Virus record (IMG/VR): IMGVR_UViG_3300021256_000058
Span: 1 to 53,822 of that record
Strand: one strand, 5' to 3'
Length of the DNA: 53,822 nt
From: a virus
Taxonomy: Duplodnaviria > Heunggongvirae > Uroviricota > Caudoviricetes
Position numbers and translations under genes: made by a program. The first letter of the stretch is position 1, and each line of letters begins with the position of its first letter. Positions 1-10,241 of the stretch are shown in pieces. The notes beneath the pieces are model-generated. The model saw only the letters and a list, made by a program, of their open reading frames with translations, did no database searches and was not told the DNA's origin.

Positions 1-453
1 ATGCTCTAACGCAGCATATTTTGTATGAGCAATACCACGCATAGAGTTCATAGCTTGCGGGAGATGATAACGAGCAATTTTTTCTCTATTATCAATTAAT
101 TTTTGCCAATCTTCCGCATAGGTTGGGTTAAGAATTTTATATTGAGTAAAAAGAATCTCAAGAAAATTTAGATTCTGCTTGCGGAAAGTCTGCATATATA
201 ACCGTACATCTTTGAAATCAATATGTTCGTTATTGGCGCGCACATGAGTAGTTGAAATTGGCTTTTTATTGAACGCAATTTCTTCAAAGGTGGGTAAAGT
301 TATAAGTTTCGTATCTACGTCTGAACTAGAGATCTCAAGACCATAGTTCTGACTACCTTGGAGGAAGATCCCTACTATATGATTAGAGTCAAAAAACTCT
401 AAACTTTCATTATAGTGGTCTTGTACTCTTGATTGTACTTCTGGTTTAAACAC
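1..453 (-). CDS. Pol-beta superfamily nucleotidyltransferase, RlaP-like (runs off window edge)
   Basis: Manual translation from GTG at 453: ...GIFLQGSQNYGLEISSSDVDTK..., the GS-x(9)-SDxD nucleotidyltransferase signature. Absent from the ORF track because there is no stop in the window. Confidence 0.75.
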   Translation of the reverse strand, partial: MFKPEVQSRVQDHYNESLEFFDSNHIVGIFLQGSQNYGLEISSSDVDTKLITLPTFEEIAFNKKPISTTHVRANNEHIDFKDVRLYMQTFRKQNLNFLEILFTQYKILNPTYAEDWQKLIDNREKIARYHLPQAMNSMRGIAHTKYAALEH

Positions 454-817
454 AATATGGTTCTCCTTCATAATCATAAACGTAGATAGGCTTGCCAAGT
501 CGCTTCATTGTCTGAATCATATGAGCTGTCCCAGTACTTCTACCATTCCAAAAAGCTACTAAAACGTCTCCTGCTTCAGCCATTTCTGCATTACGGATAA
601 ACCCAGCAGATGTTCCGTATTTTTCCCATCTAGCAGGGAACATTTCAATTTTTAGTCCATGATCAGCGGCCCAGTTCATGCCGATCGTATCAGCGCCCTT
701 CGCGCACCCGCTGATAACAGTAGTAACATTAGGAAATTGATCCATTATTTTTTCCATCAAAGGAATTTTATAAAAATCTCTGCCACCTGCTATAATGTAT
801 TTCATATTTCTGTCCAT
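446..817 (-). CDS. SLOG family protein (DUF2493/YspA-like)
   Basis: Motifs IIAGGRDF, VISGCAKGAD, AGFIRN, FWNGRSTGT. Confidence 0.8.
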   Translation of the reverse strand: MDRNMKYIIAGGRDFYKIPLMEKIMDQFPNVTTVISGCAKGADTIGMNWAADHGLKIEMFPARWEKYGTSAGFIRNAEMAEAGDVLVAFWNGRSTGTAHMIQTMKRLGKPIYVYDYEGEPYCV

Positions 818-1140
818 CCATTCTTTTCAACAATACGTCTCATATTCATTCTGCCTACTGGGTTCATAGTATGGAAATGAATTGGATAATTTCTTCCATT
901 AGCTTCCATCCAGTCAAGAATCTTTATATAATCTCCACCATCAGATGCATAATCTCCAGCATCATGGTCAAGATCTATAACTTCAATCGTAAAAACTTTA
1001 TTGCTCATAACTCCAAAAGGAGGATAAGGAATACGAGACAAATATTCAATAGTCTCATTGACGCTTTTAAGCCAGACATATCCTTCTGGCGCCGGGCGAA
1101 TATCGTCTACCCATATTTTCATTCTTATCTCTCTTTTCAT
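802..1140 (-). CDS. Cyclic-phosphate-processing receiver-like domain protein
   Basis: KIWVDDIRPAPEG...IDLDHD...HTMNPVG pattern. Confidence 0.7.
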   Translation of the reverse strand: MKREIRMKIWVDDIRPAPEGYVWLKSVNETIEYLSRIPYPPFGVMSNKVFTIEVIDLDHDAGDYASDGGDYIKILDWMEANGRNYPIHFHTMNPVGRMNMRRIVEKNGWTEI

Positions 1141-1225
1141 ATAAATATTATAACATATTTTTTTTTAAATATCAATTATATCATTTTTATTTGCGTTTTA
1201 TAGCTATGATATTTTTGGAACACAA

Positions 1226-1264
1226 AAACAGGGCAGACTGAATATATTATAGTCTGCCCTGTTT
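1226..1264 (-). terminator. Intrinsic terminator ending the YcaO operon
   Basis: 14-bp inverted repeat aaacagggcagact / agtctgccctgttt, followed by a T run on the minus strand. Confidence 0.75.
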
Positions 1265-1274
1265 AAATATTTTT

Positions 1275-3029
1275 TTATTCCTAAAATATTGTAAGCATTT
1301 GCTAATAATTTGAACTATGATATAATTGTCTAAATGGATCACAGAATTGTGTTTTGAAGCAATAAAAAGGATCAGATAAATTATTTAATAATGTGTCAGA
1401 AATTTCTTCATTTGTAAGTTTCTTAAAGATTATTTTAATTTCTTCATTTGAATATTTATTTTTACTTTTATATTGGCGCAAGGCTTGAATAATACGCAAT
1501 TTTCGTTGTAAATCATTTAGACCTGGAATTAATATGTTAAGATTATTTTCTATTGGATTTAAAATAGCAAAATTCATATCAAATAAAATATTTGAATCTG
1601 TAATTAAGAATAAATTATTCCAATCAGAACGCATTAGATTGCCTTCAAATACTCCATTATGTTTAGTATTTGAATTCATAATATTAACAATATTTTTAAA
1701 AGAAGCAAAAGCCTCTTCATCTTTATTATTTATTATGTCATAATTTAATTGATTTAATAATGCTAAATTATTAAACCAAGAACGTTTTAAATTTTTTGAA
1801 GTGAATTTAAAATTTTTACTTTTTTCAGTATTTAATGGTAAATTAGAAATAACTGTATGGATAGCATACATATTTGGACTTAAACTCATATCACAATAAT
1901 TAACTTTTAAACCTAATTTATTGCAAAAATTAATGTAATATTCATTTAATTCTTCATTAGAAATATCTCTGTTTTGTAAAAATACTTCAGAATTCCAAGG
2001 TACTATTTTTGAATTTAATAATATTGTTTCTGGGATATATGCTGCACCTGTGCAATTATTTAAATAATGAATAAGAAATTCTTCCGGGTTTTTATTACGA
2101 GATGGCATTTGATTATCAATAAAACTATTATATGATTTTATACCTTGATATAATTCTGTTAAAATACGCTCTAAAGCAATATCAATTACAGGGAAGCTTC
2201 CAAAATTAACACGAGCATTAGGAATATTTGGATTAATTAATATCGACGCTACAGCAGGTACTTTAAAATTATATGATAAATCTAATAAATAAATAGTATA
2301 TCCTAATTCTTCAAGATTTAACATAATTTGTAAGATATATTCATTATGAATAGACTATTTATCAATAATAAAAAATTCTTCTTGCGGTGACATATAAAAT
2401 TGCATATTAGCATAATGTTCCATAATTTCAGACAAACCTTGATTCAAAGCTTCTTGTATAGTATTACCAGCGCTCATGCCAATACTACAATTTACAGCTT
2501 GTGCAATTCTAGGGTCTAAATAAATAGTCTCGTCATGATTAAATCCTTTATATGGCAAACCAATTAAATTATTATTTGTAATTAAATTAAAGAAATCTTT
2601 AATTAGTTCTTCATTATTTAGATAATCATCAAAATAATGAGAAATAAAAGGATATTGATAAATTTCTTCAAATGTTATTTTTTTCTCCAGTGGACTAATA
2701 TAATAATTATTTTTATTATAACAAAGTTGCATCCCAAGTTCATTAACAATTGGGATACTGAAGTATTGAATGCGATTACAGAAACGCTCATAGCTTTCCG
2801 CAAATGCTGATGCTAGACTAAAAAGTTCAGTAGCACCTTTCCCATTGGATTTACCTACTAAGATACCATTATAATATACTTCTAATCCAGCCCACCAAGT
2901 GTTTGCTTCACTCTATTCACTAGCTGTAATTTTGTAGGTACATCCACGTTCAGTAAAAAAATCTTTTACAATTTGGATTGTATCTTCTGGAGAGCGTTCT
3001 TTAAATTTAATATCTAAATTAGTCATCAT
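1275..3029 (-). CDS. ycaO: YcaO-family protein, about 584 aa, read through 4 in-frame TAG codons
   Basis: Track ORFs 2355-2732 and 1302-2324 are in frame and separated only by TAG (TAGs at 2913, 2355, 1302, 1281). Joined protein has KERSPEDT, SNGKGATELFSLASAFAESYERF, SIGMSAGNTIQEALNQGLSEIMEH and ALERILTELYQG. True stop is TAA at 1275. Confidence 0.9.
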
Positions 3030-4020
3030 TTTTATCCTTCAATAATTGTATAAATTCTTTGACTGGGATATTATCAATACTATCATATAATATTTCAGCA
3101 TTTGATAATGAATTCCAAATATTATGATTAATAATTTGAGCAAATAATAATGTATCTAAATCAAACGTATATCCATATTTATCGTAAAAATATTTTGCCC
3201 CTGATAAAGAATCATTTTTATATTCTTTATTTGAAATAACAGTATTTAAATAATTTGTATACATTGATCCAAATACATCATAAATTAATGGCAAAAAAGA
3301 TTGTATTGGAGGATCAAAATTTTTTTGTATATTGGTAATTGCAAATTCTACATTTTTAGCTAATCCTATATTTTGATCTTTATAAATAAATTCACATTTA
3401 TTAAGTCTAGTAATACTAGTAGGATTATTAGTTTGTAAAATTAAAGGTTCTGCGGTTTCCATAATGCCATGTAGATTAAAATATTTATCTATAAAACGGC
3501 ATTGATGATTAAAACCAATATCTTCATTAGCTCTTGGATATTCAATATTAAAATGAATATTATATTTCGTTAAAAAAGACTTTCGATAAATTTTACCATG
3601 CATACGATTATGTGTCTCTGGAGTTTTATCAAATTCATCGCCATTATCATCTGGCTCTTCTAAATGAGCACATGAGATTACATTTAACGAAGGAGTCTTT
3701 TCCATAATATGAACAAATTTTTTTATTAATTGTGGCAATAAAACAATATCACCACAATCAATAAATGTTATGAATTCACTTTGAGATAAAATTAAACCAT
3801 ACTCTCTAACACCACCAGGGCCAACATTATTTGGACTTTTAATAATATGAATTGGATAGTATTTAGAGAACAAATTAGAAATACTCTCAAAGTCAATATT
3901 TTCAGTTGAGGCATCATCTATAATAAATACTTGCCAATTATAATTTATTGTGCCTAATGAGAAAAGAGTAGAGTATAATCCCTGTTCATCATTATAGCTG
4001 GGAATAATAATATCTAACAT
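3019..4020 (-). CDS. GT2 family glycosyltransferase
   Basis: LDIIIPSYN, IIDDASTE, NVGPGGVRE, FITFIDCGD, GKIYRKSFL, NEDIGFN. Confidence 0.9.
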   Translation of the reverse strand: MLDIIIPSYNDEQGLYSTLFSLGTINYNWQVFIIDDASTENIDFESISNLFSKYYPIHIIKSPNNVGPGGVREYGLILSQSEFITFIDCGDIVLLPQLIKKFVHIMEKTPSLNVISCAHLEEPDDNGDEFDKTPETHNRMHGKIYRKSFLTKYNIHFNIEYPRANEDIGFNHQCRFIDKYFNLHGIMETAEPLILQTNNPTSITRLNKCEFIYKDQNIGLAKNVEFAITNIQKNFDPPIQSFLPLIYDVFGSMYTNYLNTVISNKEYKNDSLSGAKYFYDKYGYTFDLDTLLFAQIINHNIWNSLSNAEILYDSIDNIPVKEFIQLLKDKNDD

Positions 4021-4329
4021 TTATACAGCTAATCCTTTCTCTTCGCACCAATCATTTTTTGCTTTTTGTCCTAAAATATTGAAAATATGAGTATTGTCAA
4101 TTGATTGAAATGGATAAATGTTATAGATATAAAATCTATCCATTGAGCCATCAGCATACCAAATCATGCGTTCAACACTTGCAGTATTATTACGTACGGG
4201 AGCCCGCATAGTTAAACAAATATATGGTAAATTTAAATCTTTAATTTCTTGGACAGTCACAAAATGATTAAAATCATCTGCATGAGTTCCCCCGTTAGGA
4301 AACATTTCATTAATTTTCTCCCAAGCCAT
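4021..4329 (-). CDS. Hypothetical protein inside the rSAM/YcaO operon
   Basis: 102 aa ORF with GGAGGA SD, abutting both neighbours. Confidence 0.7.
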   Translation of the reverse strand: MAWEKINEMFPNGGTHADDFNHFVTVQEIKDLNLPYICLTMRAPVRNNTASVERMIWYADGSMDRFYIYNIYPFQSIDNTHIFNILGQKAKNDWCEEKGLAV

Positions 4330-5737
4330 ATTCTTCCTCCACTCGATTCATTATCGCTAAAAATTCTTGGGCTCTAGTGTATCCAGGCTCATATGGAGAG
4401 ATAGTTTTCCATATTTCATCGATCCCATATTCTTTTAATTTATGGAAAATATGAGAAATTTTATGATAATAAAAATTACATACGCTTTCAATAGGAACAA
4501 AAGGATCATCATTCGTTTCTAATTGAGATCCAAAACAACCTTTAATACAAACTGGATTAAATGGGCAAGTATCACATTTTAATGAACAAAGATTATTATT
4601 CATAAATAAAATACGTTCTGCCATATATACATTATTAGAAACAATATCAGTAATTTTATCATTTTCAACTTTAAAATGACCATACAAATATTTTTTATAA
4701 GCAGTACGATGGCATGGGCAAATAGCTAAATCACCCAACCTTACGGTTAATTCTAATGATACAGAACATCCAGGAAAAGAATCTGCCATACCTGGAAAAT
4801 AAGGAATATATCCTGTTAATGTATCTCTTGCTCGATAATTAGGGTCCATAATTAAACTATAGGCTAATCCTTCTGTACTATATTTGCTTAAATACCGTTC
4901 TAATAAATAATCCATAAATTCATTATAATGTTTTATACTTTCTTCAGTCCAATTGTTATTTCGGACTTCTAACATCATAATACATTGATCGGGATCAATA
5001 TCGTATTTTTCACATTCTTCTACCCACCATTTATGATTTTCTATCCATCGGTCTACGTCAATTGCTGCTACCATTGGATGAAAATAAAACTCATGATGTT
5101 TCGCAAATAAAAACATTCTTTCATAAAAAGCATCATTATTAACACTAGCATCATTATGTGGGCGCGCTTGTTCTTCAATAATTTTTCCATCAATTGAAAT
5201 AGAAAAAGCAATTCTAATATTTTTATTAGCAAATTTATGCAATCTTTGTTCTATTCTACCAGTTTGGACTGGATCTTTTAAAAAAGAACAATTAGACGGA
5301 ATCATTATAAACTCAGTTTTAAAACCTTCTAAAATCTTTTTATAAATTAAATCAAGAACATCTAGGCCAAATTGAGCATGCCAAATTTCGCCTGTAAATA
5401 GATCAATTCTTGGTATGTACATATCATTTTCAATAAACCAATCAAAAAGAATGTTAAGATTATGAAGAATTGTTTCAGGATTATTACATTCTTGAGGATA
5501 TAATTCATTACCATGCTTTACTAAATAACAATATTCACAATGTTGATTACAAGTAGATGTAATAAATAGTTCTAATCCAATATCGTCTATTAAGCTAAAA
5601 TCACGAACATCAGAATCTTCTCTTAATTCTTTATTTTTCCAAATCTTAAAAAAACGTTCTTCTAACATCATTTTTAGCATCTTATCATGTTCTTCTTGAT
5701 AGATTTCTTTTCTATTTAAAATTAACTCATTATTCAT
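4310..5737 (-). CDS. Radical SAM enzyme with SPASM domain
   Basis: CNQHCEYC motif, SISIDG, C-terminal C...GDLAICPCH...CDTCPFNPVCIKGC. Start moved to ATG 5737, which has a GAAGGAG SD. Confidence 0.9.
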   Translation of the reverse strand: MNNELILNRKEIYQEEHDKMLKMMLEERFFKIWKNKELREDSDVRDFSLIDDIGLELFITSTCNQHCEYCYLVKHGNELYPQECNNPETILHNLNILFDWFIENDMYIPRIDLFTGEIWHAQFGLDVLDLIYKKILEGFKTEFIMIPSNCSFLKDPVQTGRIEQRLHKFANKNIRIAFSISIDGKIIEEQARPHNDASVNNDAFYERMFLFAKHHEFYFHPMVAAIDVDRWIENHKWWVEECEKYDIDPDQCIMMLEVRNNNWTEESIKHYNEFMDYLLERYLSKYSTEGLAYSLIMDPNYRARDTLTGYIPYFPGMADSFPGCSVSLELTVRLGDLAICPCHRTAYKKYLYGHFKVENDKITDIVSNNVYMAERILFMNNNLCSLKCDTCPFNPVCIKGCFGSQLETNDDPFVPIESVCNFYYHKISHIFHKLKEYGIDEIWKTISPYEPGYTRAQEFLAIMNRVEEEYGLGEN

Positions 5738-7112
5738 TAAATAATTGCTCTCCTTCTGGGCGATAAATATAATCAATTGCTCCATTTAAGAGTAATTTAA
5801 TTATACCATGATCTTGTAATAAAATAGATCCTGTCATATTAAAATTATCTTTAATACAAGTAGATACCCCATGAGCTTGAATAATTTGTGCAGCTCTTAC
5901 TGCCTGCTCTTCTGAGACATATTTTTCATCTATTAATCCGGCCATTGCTAACAATACTATTTCATTTGCAATAATAGCCAATCTTGCGCTAGCATTATCA
6001 ATATTAAAGCAATGCATTGAATCGCTAAATGTTTTATAGTTTTGCTCATTTAATAATAAATGAATAGGACGGTCCGCAATAAACTCATCAAAATTAATAG
6101 TTCCATCAGTAATACGTTTTGACTGCTCGGCCAATGTCTTATATTCTAGAGCCATATTAGTATATCCTTCATGACAAGAAGATACTAAATTATTAGGCAA
6201 AAGACCGATAGAAGTAGTTCCTACACCGCAAGTATATCCTGGTTGATGAACTGTTATATATGAAGGAATATAACAATCGCGTAAAGAATCATATGGAGTT
6301 ATTTCATGATAATATTCAAAATAGTAATTAGTATCATTTTCATCTTCTATTTCTCGGCATCTCTTACAAAAGTCAGCGAAATATATACCATCTGCTTTTG
6401 TTACTGGACTTGGCACAGCAGTATTTGGTACTGGAGGAGCAATTTCTATATTATCAAAGTTATTTTTTTCCCTAAAAGGTCTTATAAAAGTATCTTCAAA
6501 AAATTGATAATATTCAATAATTGATTCTTTTGTATTTAATGCATATAAACTATTTAAATCTAATGTAGGTTTAATAGTTACTACAAAATGAATATTCGGC
6601 CCTATATAATCACTTAACATTTCATTCATTTTATAAAAATTTTCTAAACATCTTTTTGTAGTGCCTTTGCCTCTATTGGTATCATTTATATACTCTGGGC
6701 CATCACAAGACAACTATAACTGAAATACAAAATCCCTATAGTCATATTTATTAAATTGCTTAATTAAACCAAATAATTGATCTGTCCAAGTTGGGTAAGA
6801 AAAATTTGTCGATGAATAAAAATGATAAAAATAAGGATATTCTTCTATAATTTGATTTAAAACATGATAAATTCGGTCCATATGAATAAATGGTTCTCCG
6901 CCCCAAGTTTCTACATGAGATAGCTGCCCTTTATTTGGGAACCATTTTCTAATTTGTTCGATATAATAATCACCCTAAAAACTTTCTTCTAACTTTTGAT
7001 CTATTTCTAATAATGCTGGATTTTTGTCAATACCACAATATCTGCACTGTAAATTACAAATACCAGTAGGAAAAAGTGTTAGAGTATTAAATTCATTTTT
7101 AAATTTTTCCAT
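5730..7112 (-). CDS. Radical SAM enzyme, about 460 aa, 2 in-frame TAG codons
   Basis: Reading through TAG at 6714 and 6975 extends the track ORF to MEKFKNEFNTLTLFPTGICNLQCRYC...WGGEPF...STNF...LSCDG. Partial SPASM/twitch motif CGVG...SSCH. Confidence 0.9.
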
Positions 7113-7131
7113 ATTGTTTCAAACCTTTGAA

Positions 7132-7941
7132 TTAAGCATAATTTGCTTTTGTAGAATTACTACAAAAAATATCAATTACAGTACCTTTACTATTTGTTCC
7201 AGAACTATGTGTACCTGAGCTATGTGTACCTGAGCTATGCGTACCATCGGATTTACTTACGTTAGATTTATTTCCATTAGATTTATTTCCATTAGATTTA
7301 CTGCCATTGCCATGATTACCATTTGATTGTGAACCAAAATTATTAGAGCCTTCTGGGCTATAAGAAATATAAGCTCCTACACTTCCAAAATGATTGCTTC
7401 CAAAATTGTTAGTTTGATTAAAATGGTCCCAGTTAAAACTAGTAAAACTATTAGCAACTCCATTGGTTCCATGGCTTCTACCGCCACTGCTTTCATTACC
7501 ACTACTGTGCTTGCCACTACTTTGGCTACCGCTACTATGTGAACCATTACTTTTTGTAACATTACTCTTTGTGACATTACTCTTTGTGACATTACTACAA
7601 GTACCAGAACTATTGGTAGCTGTATTTCTACATTTTACTGCACCTAAATAAGTTGCAGTAGTAGCATTAAACATTGCGGTACCAGTACCACTCATAATTA
7701 ATTCATTTTGATTAACAAGTGAATAAACTGGATAAGATGCATATTTTAAATACGCATCAGCTTTCATAGCAGTTAATTTATTAAAAAAATCATTTGCGTC
7801 AGCAGTTTCAGCTTTTTTATTAGCACTAGGGATGGCTAATGTAGCCATCCCTCCGCCATAATTGGAAATAATAGTATTTAAACCTTGATACCAAGCTTGT
7901 AAATCTGAAGATAATAAAGGTGAATTTTGAGTAGTCGCCAT
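7132..7941 (-). CDS. Ser/Asn/Gly-rich pentapeptide-repeat protein, candidate substrate of the adjacent modifying enzymes
   Basis: About 100 aa non-repetitive N-terminus, then two blocks of xS(N/S)(G/V)x repeats. 15-nt tandem DNA repeats near 7204-7300 and 7548-7595. Confidence 0.75.
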   Translation of the reverse strand: MATTQNSPLLSSDLQAWYQGLNTIISNYGGGMATLAIPSANKKAETADANDFFNKLTAMKADAYLKYASYPVYSLVNQNELIMSGTGTAMFNATTATYLGAVKCRNTATNSSGTCSNVTKSNVTKSNVTKSNGSHSSGSQSSGKHSSGNESSGGRSHGTNGVANSFTSFNWDHFNQTNNFGSNHFGSVGAYISYSPEGSNNFGSQSNGNHGNGSKSNGNKSNGNKSNVSKSDGTHSSGTHSSGTHSSGTNSKGTVIDIFCSNSTKANYA

Positions 7942-7944
7942 ATA

Positions 7945-8343
7945 TTATTCCTCATTTATATTAGTATTCTCTTGCATAGCGGCATTTATTTCTGATTTGC
8001 CTTTATTAAAGGCTAGATACTCTTCAACTCCATTATTTTCTGGTAGTGATACTATATTATATGATAACTCAATGGGTGTAATTTGTAAAGTGTTAACCAA
8101 AGTATTATTTTTATACCAATTAACAGAATGAATTGGAGCATTATTAATAGTAGCTGCAAAATTTTTTAAAGTTAAAGTTAAGCTGGAAGACTCAGTATTA
8201 GCGATTTCATGTGTTTTACGGATACTAATTTGTTCAAAAAATTGATTATAAATAGTACCTAACTAATATTCTACATTTACCTTGTCATCGGTAAAAACAA
8301 TAGGGTTACTATCATTTAATAAATAAACTTCTATTTTATCCAT
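7945..8343 (-). CDS. Hypothetical protein, 132 aa, 1 in-frame TAG
   Basis: AAGGAG SD, MDKIEVYLLND..., TAG at 8263, TAA at 7945. Fills the gap in the operon. Confidence 0.75.
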
Positions 8344-8405
8344 AAAAGCCCTATCTCCTTTCTATTATTCTTAATAATTTTAAAAATTAGAATAATAAAA
8401 TTAAT

Positions 8406-9326
8406 TTATTTTGGCAATTTATATGTATTTATATTAAAATTATATAAATCAAAGGAACGCTGCCACATATCTAAATAATAAATGACAGCAAATATATATT
8501 CAGGTTTTACCATATATTTTACAAAGTTAAGTATAACTTCAATAGGTGGTAAAGTACGTCCTTCTAATTTAAAATGATTGAATCCATTGTTAGTATACTC
8601 TACTAATTCTTCTCTTGTAAAATTATTTTTATAGTTAGTTACACCAACAGTACAAGCCTTAATACCGCATCCTGTTAATTGATAATGTTTTCCATAAGCT
8701 AAAGAAAACATACTATTTAAATCATAATGTCTTTTGCGTGTAGGGCAACCTGGAGGACAAATAGCATTAATTAAAAATTCGCATTTAGGACGGAGCTCTG
8801 TTGGCACAGATTCTAGCGCAGTTTTATTTTTATTTAAATTATAATCCCAACAAATAAATTTATAATTTTTATGTAATTCAGACATAAGAGCATCAACTTG
8901 TGTTAAGCATTTAGTTGTAGAAGAAATAAAATTATATTGAGAATAATTAGTACGAAGATATTCTTCTAAAACTGGTGAATTAACAACAATTTCATTCATT
9001 TCATCTGCGCATAATGATAATACTAAATTATTAAAACGATCATGACAATCATGAGGTTGAATTAAAGTATTTGTAAAAATTAAACGCATTGGAATATGAA
9101 AATAATTATTATATATATCTTTTAATAGCTCAATATCTTCTTTAGTAGCATGAGATTGAGTAGGAAAAATTCTACCTCCATCCCATGTACAAAATTGAAA
9201 ATTTCCATAGACAGCATTTATATCTATATCATCATAAAAATATTGAGGCTCATTTTGCAATAAACTTAAAAAAGGAATAATAACAGAATAATTTTCCCAT
9301 AATCCAGGCAAAGCAAAATACATCAT
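8406..9326 (-). CDS. Peptidase-U32-like Fe-S protein
   Basis: WDGGR, NAICPPGCPTRKRHY, C, HFKLEGR (resembles the U32 KIEGR motif and Cys cluster). Confidence 0.55.
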   Translation of the reverse strand: MMYFALPGLWENYSVIIPFLSLLQNEPQYFYDDIDINAVYGNFQFCTWDGGRIFPTQSHATKEDIELLKDIYNNYFHIPMRLIFTNTLIQPHDCHDRFNNLVLSLCADEMNEIVVNSPVLEEYLRTNYSQYNFISSTTKCLTQVDALMSELHKNYKFICWDYNLNKNKTALESVPTELRPKCEFLINAICPPGCPTRKRHYDLNSMFSLAYGKHYQLTGCGIKACTVGVTNYKNNFTREELVEYTNNGFNHFKLEGRTLPPIEVILNFVKYMVKPEYIFAVIYYLDMWQRSFDLYNFNINTYKLPK

Positions 9327-9329
9327 GAA

Positions 9330-10121
9330 TTAAAAACTCCTATAAAATTTATAAAAATCTACAATAAATTCAGATTTTATAAAAAACTCAACAATAAAGT
9401 CTCGATCAGTTTCTTCAATATAAAAATTTTGATAACCTAATTTTTGTTGCAATTGTAATTCTGTAAATATATCTGTAGAATAATCTAATCTATCACAATT
9501 ATTTAAAATGCTTTGATTAGAAAAATTAATTTGATAATTTTGTTCCTGTTTAATACATTCTAAATACTGTTCATATGTACAATGAGCACAAGGATGTCCA
9601 AGGGTTATTATAATATTCTTTTCATTATTGAATTCTTGCAATGCATTTAATTGAAAAGGTTGTTCTATTAATTGAATATCATTAATTGATTTATAATCAA
9701 TATATGGACTTATTAATTCACTTAGAATAAAATAATATCCAGAATAAACATCTTTAATTAATGGAATAAAATCTGGATTAGAAATCCGTAAGTAATGTCC
9801 TTGATTCTCAAATACCTTTAAAAGCATTTTGATATGATTATCATATAATATATCTTCATTCGTTAAGGACAAATTACTAAAATCAAAACAAAAAGGAATC
9901 ATATTGTTTTGAGAAAATTTTATAATATCATCATATGTCATAATAGTGGGATCTAAATTTGTATTTTTATCTCCATTCCAAAAACTAAAAGGGAAATTTC
10001 CTCTAATACATTTAATTGTAAATGAAAATTTCATTTTGTCTGGGTTATCGCGTTTAAAAGCTTCTAAACTATTATATAAATGTAAATTAGTATAAAAATC
10101 AGATAAAATAAAATTTGGCAT
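9330..10121 (-). CDS. Divergent paralog of the adjacent U32-like protein
   Basis: GNFPFSFWNGD aligns with GNFQFCTWDGG. CAHC...C...C cluster. Confidence 0.5.
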   Translation of the reverse strand: MPNFILSDFYTNLHLYNSLEAFKRDNPDKMKFSFTIKCIRGNFPFSFWNGDKNTNLDPTIMTYDDIIKFSQNNMIPFCFDFSNLSLTNEDILYDNHIKMLLKVFENQGHYLRISNPDFIPLIKDVYSGYYFILSELISPYIDYKSINDIQLIEQPFQLNALQEFNNEKNIIITLGHPCAHCTYEQYLECIKQEQNYQINFSNQSILNNCDRLDYSTDIFTELQLQQKLGYQNFYIEETDRDFIVEFFIKSEFIVDFYKFYRSF

Positions 10122-10155
10122 ATCAAAACCTCATAATTTTTATTCTTTATATTTT

Positions 10156-10184
10156 ATTATACCATATTTTTTGTAGAAAGTCAA
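10156..10184 (-). promoter_or_regulatory. Sigma70/sigmaA-type promoter for the rSAM/YcaO operon
   Basis: TTGACT-17 nt-TATAAT with extended -10 TG. Confidence 0.75.
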
Positions 10185-10189
10185 AAACA

Positions 10190-10228
10190 AAAAAAGCAAG
10201 CCTAAAGATTATTTAGACTTGCTTTTTT
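10190..10228 (-). terminator. Intrinsic terminator after the DUF2828 gene
   Basis: aaaagcaagcctaaa / tttagacttgctttt hairpin with flanking A/T runs. Confidence 0.7.
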
Positions 10229-10241
10229 ATTTTTATATTAA

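Noticed and set aside
1302-2732. YcaO (and rSAM, papain) called as fragmented pseudogenes
   Set aside because: Every break is an in-frame TAG, with no frameshift, TAA or TGA, and a CUA tRNA is present. Recoding explains them.
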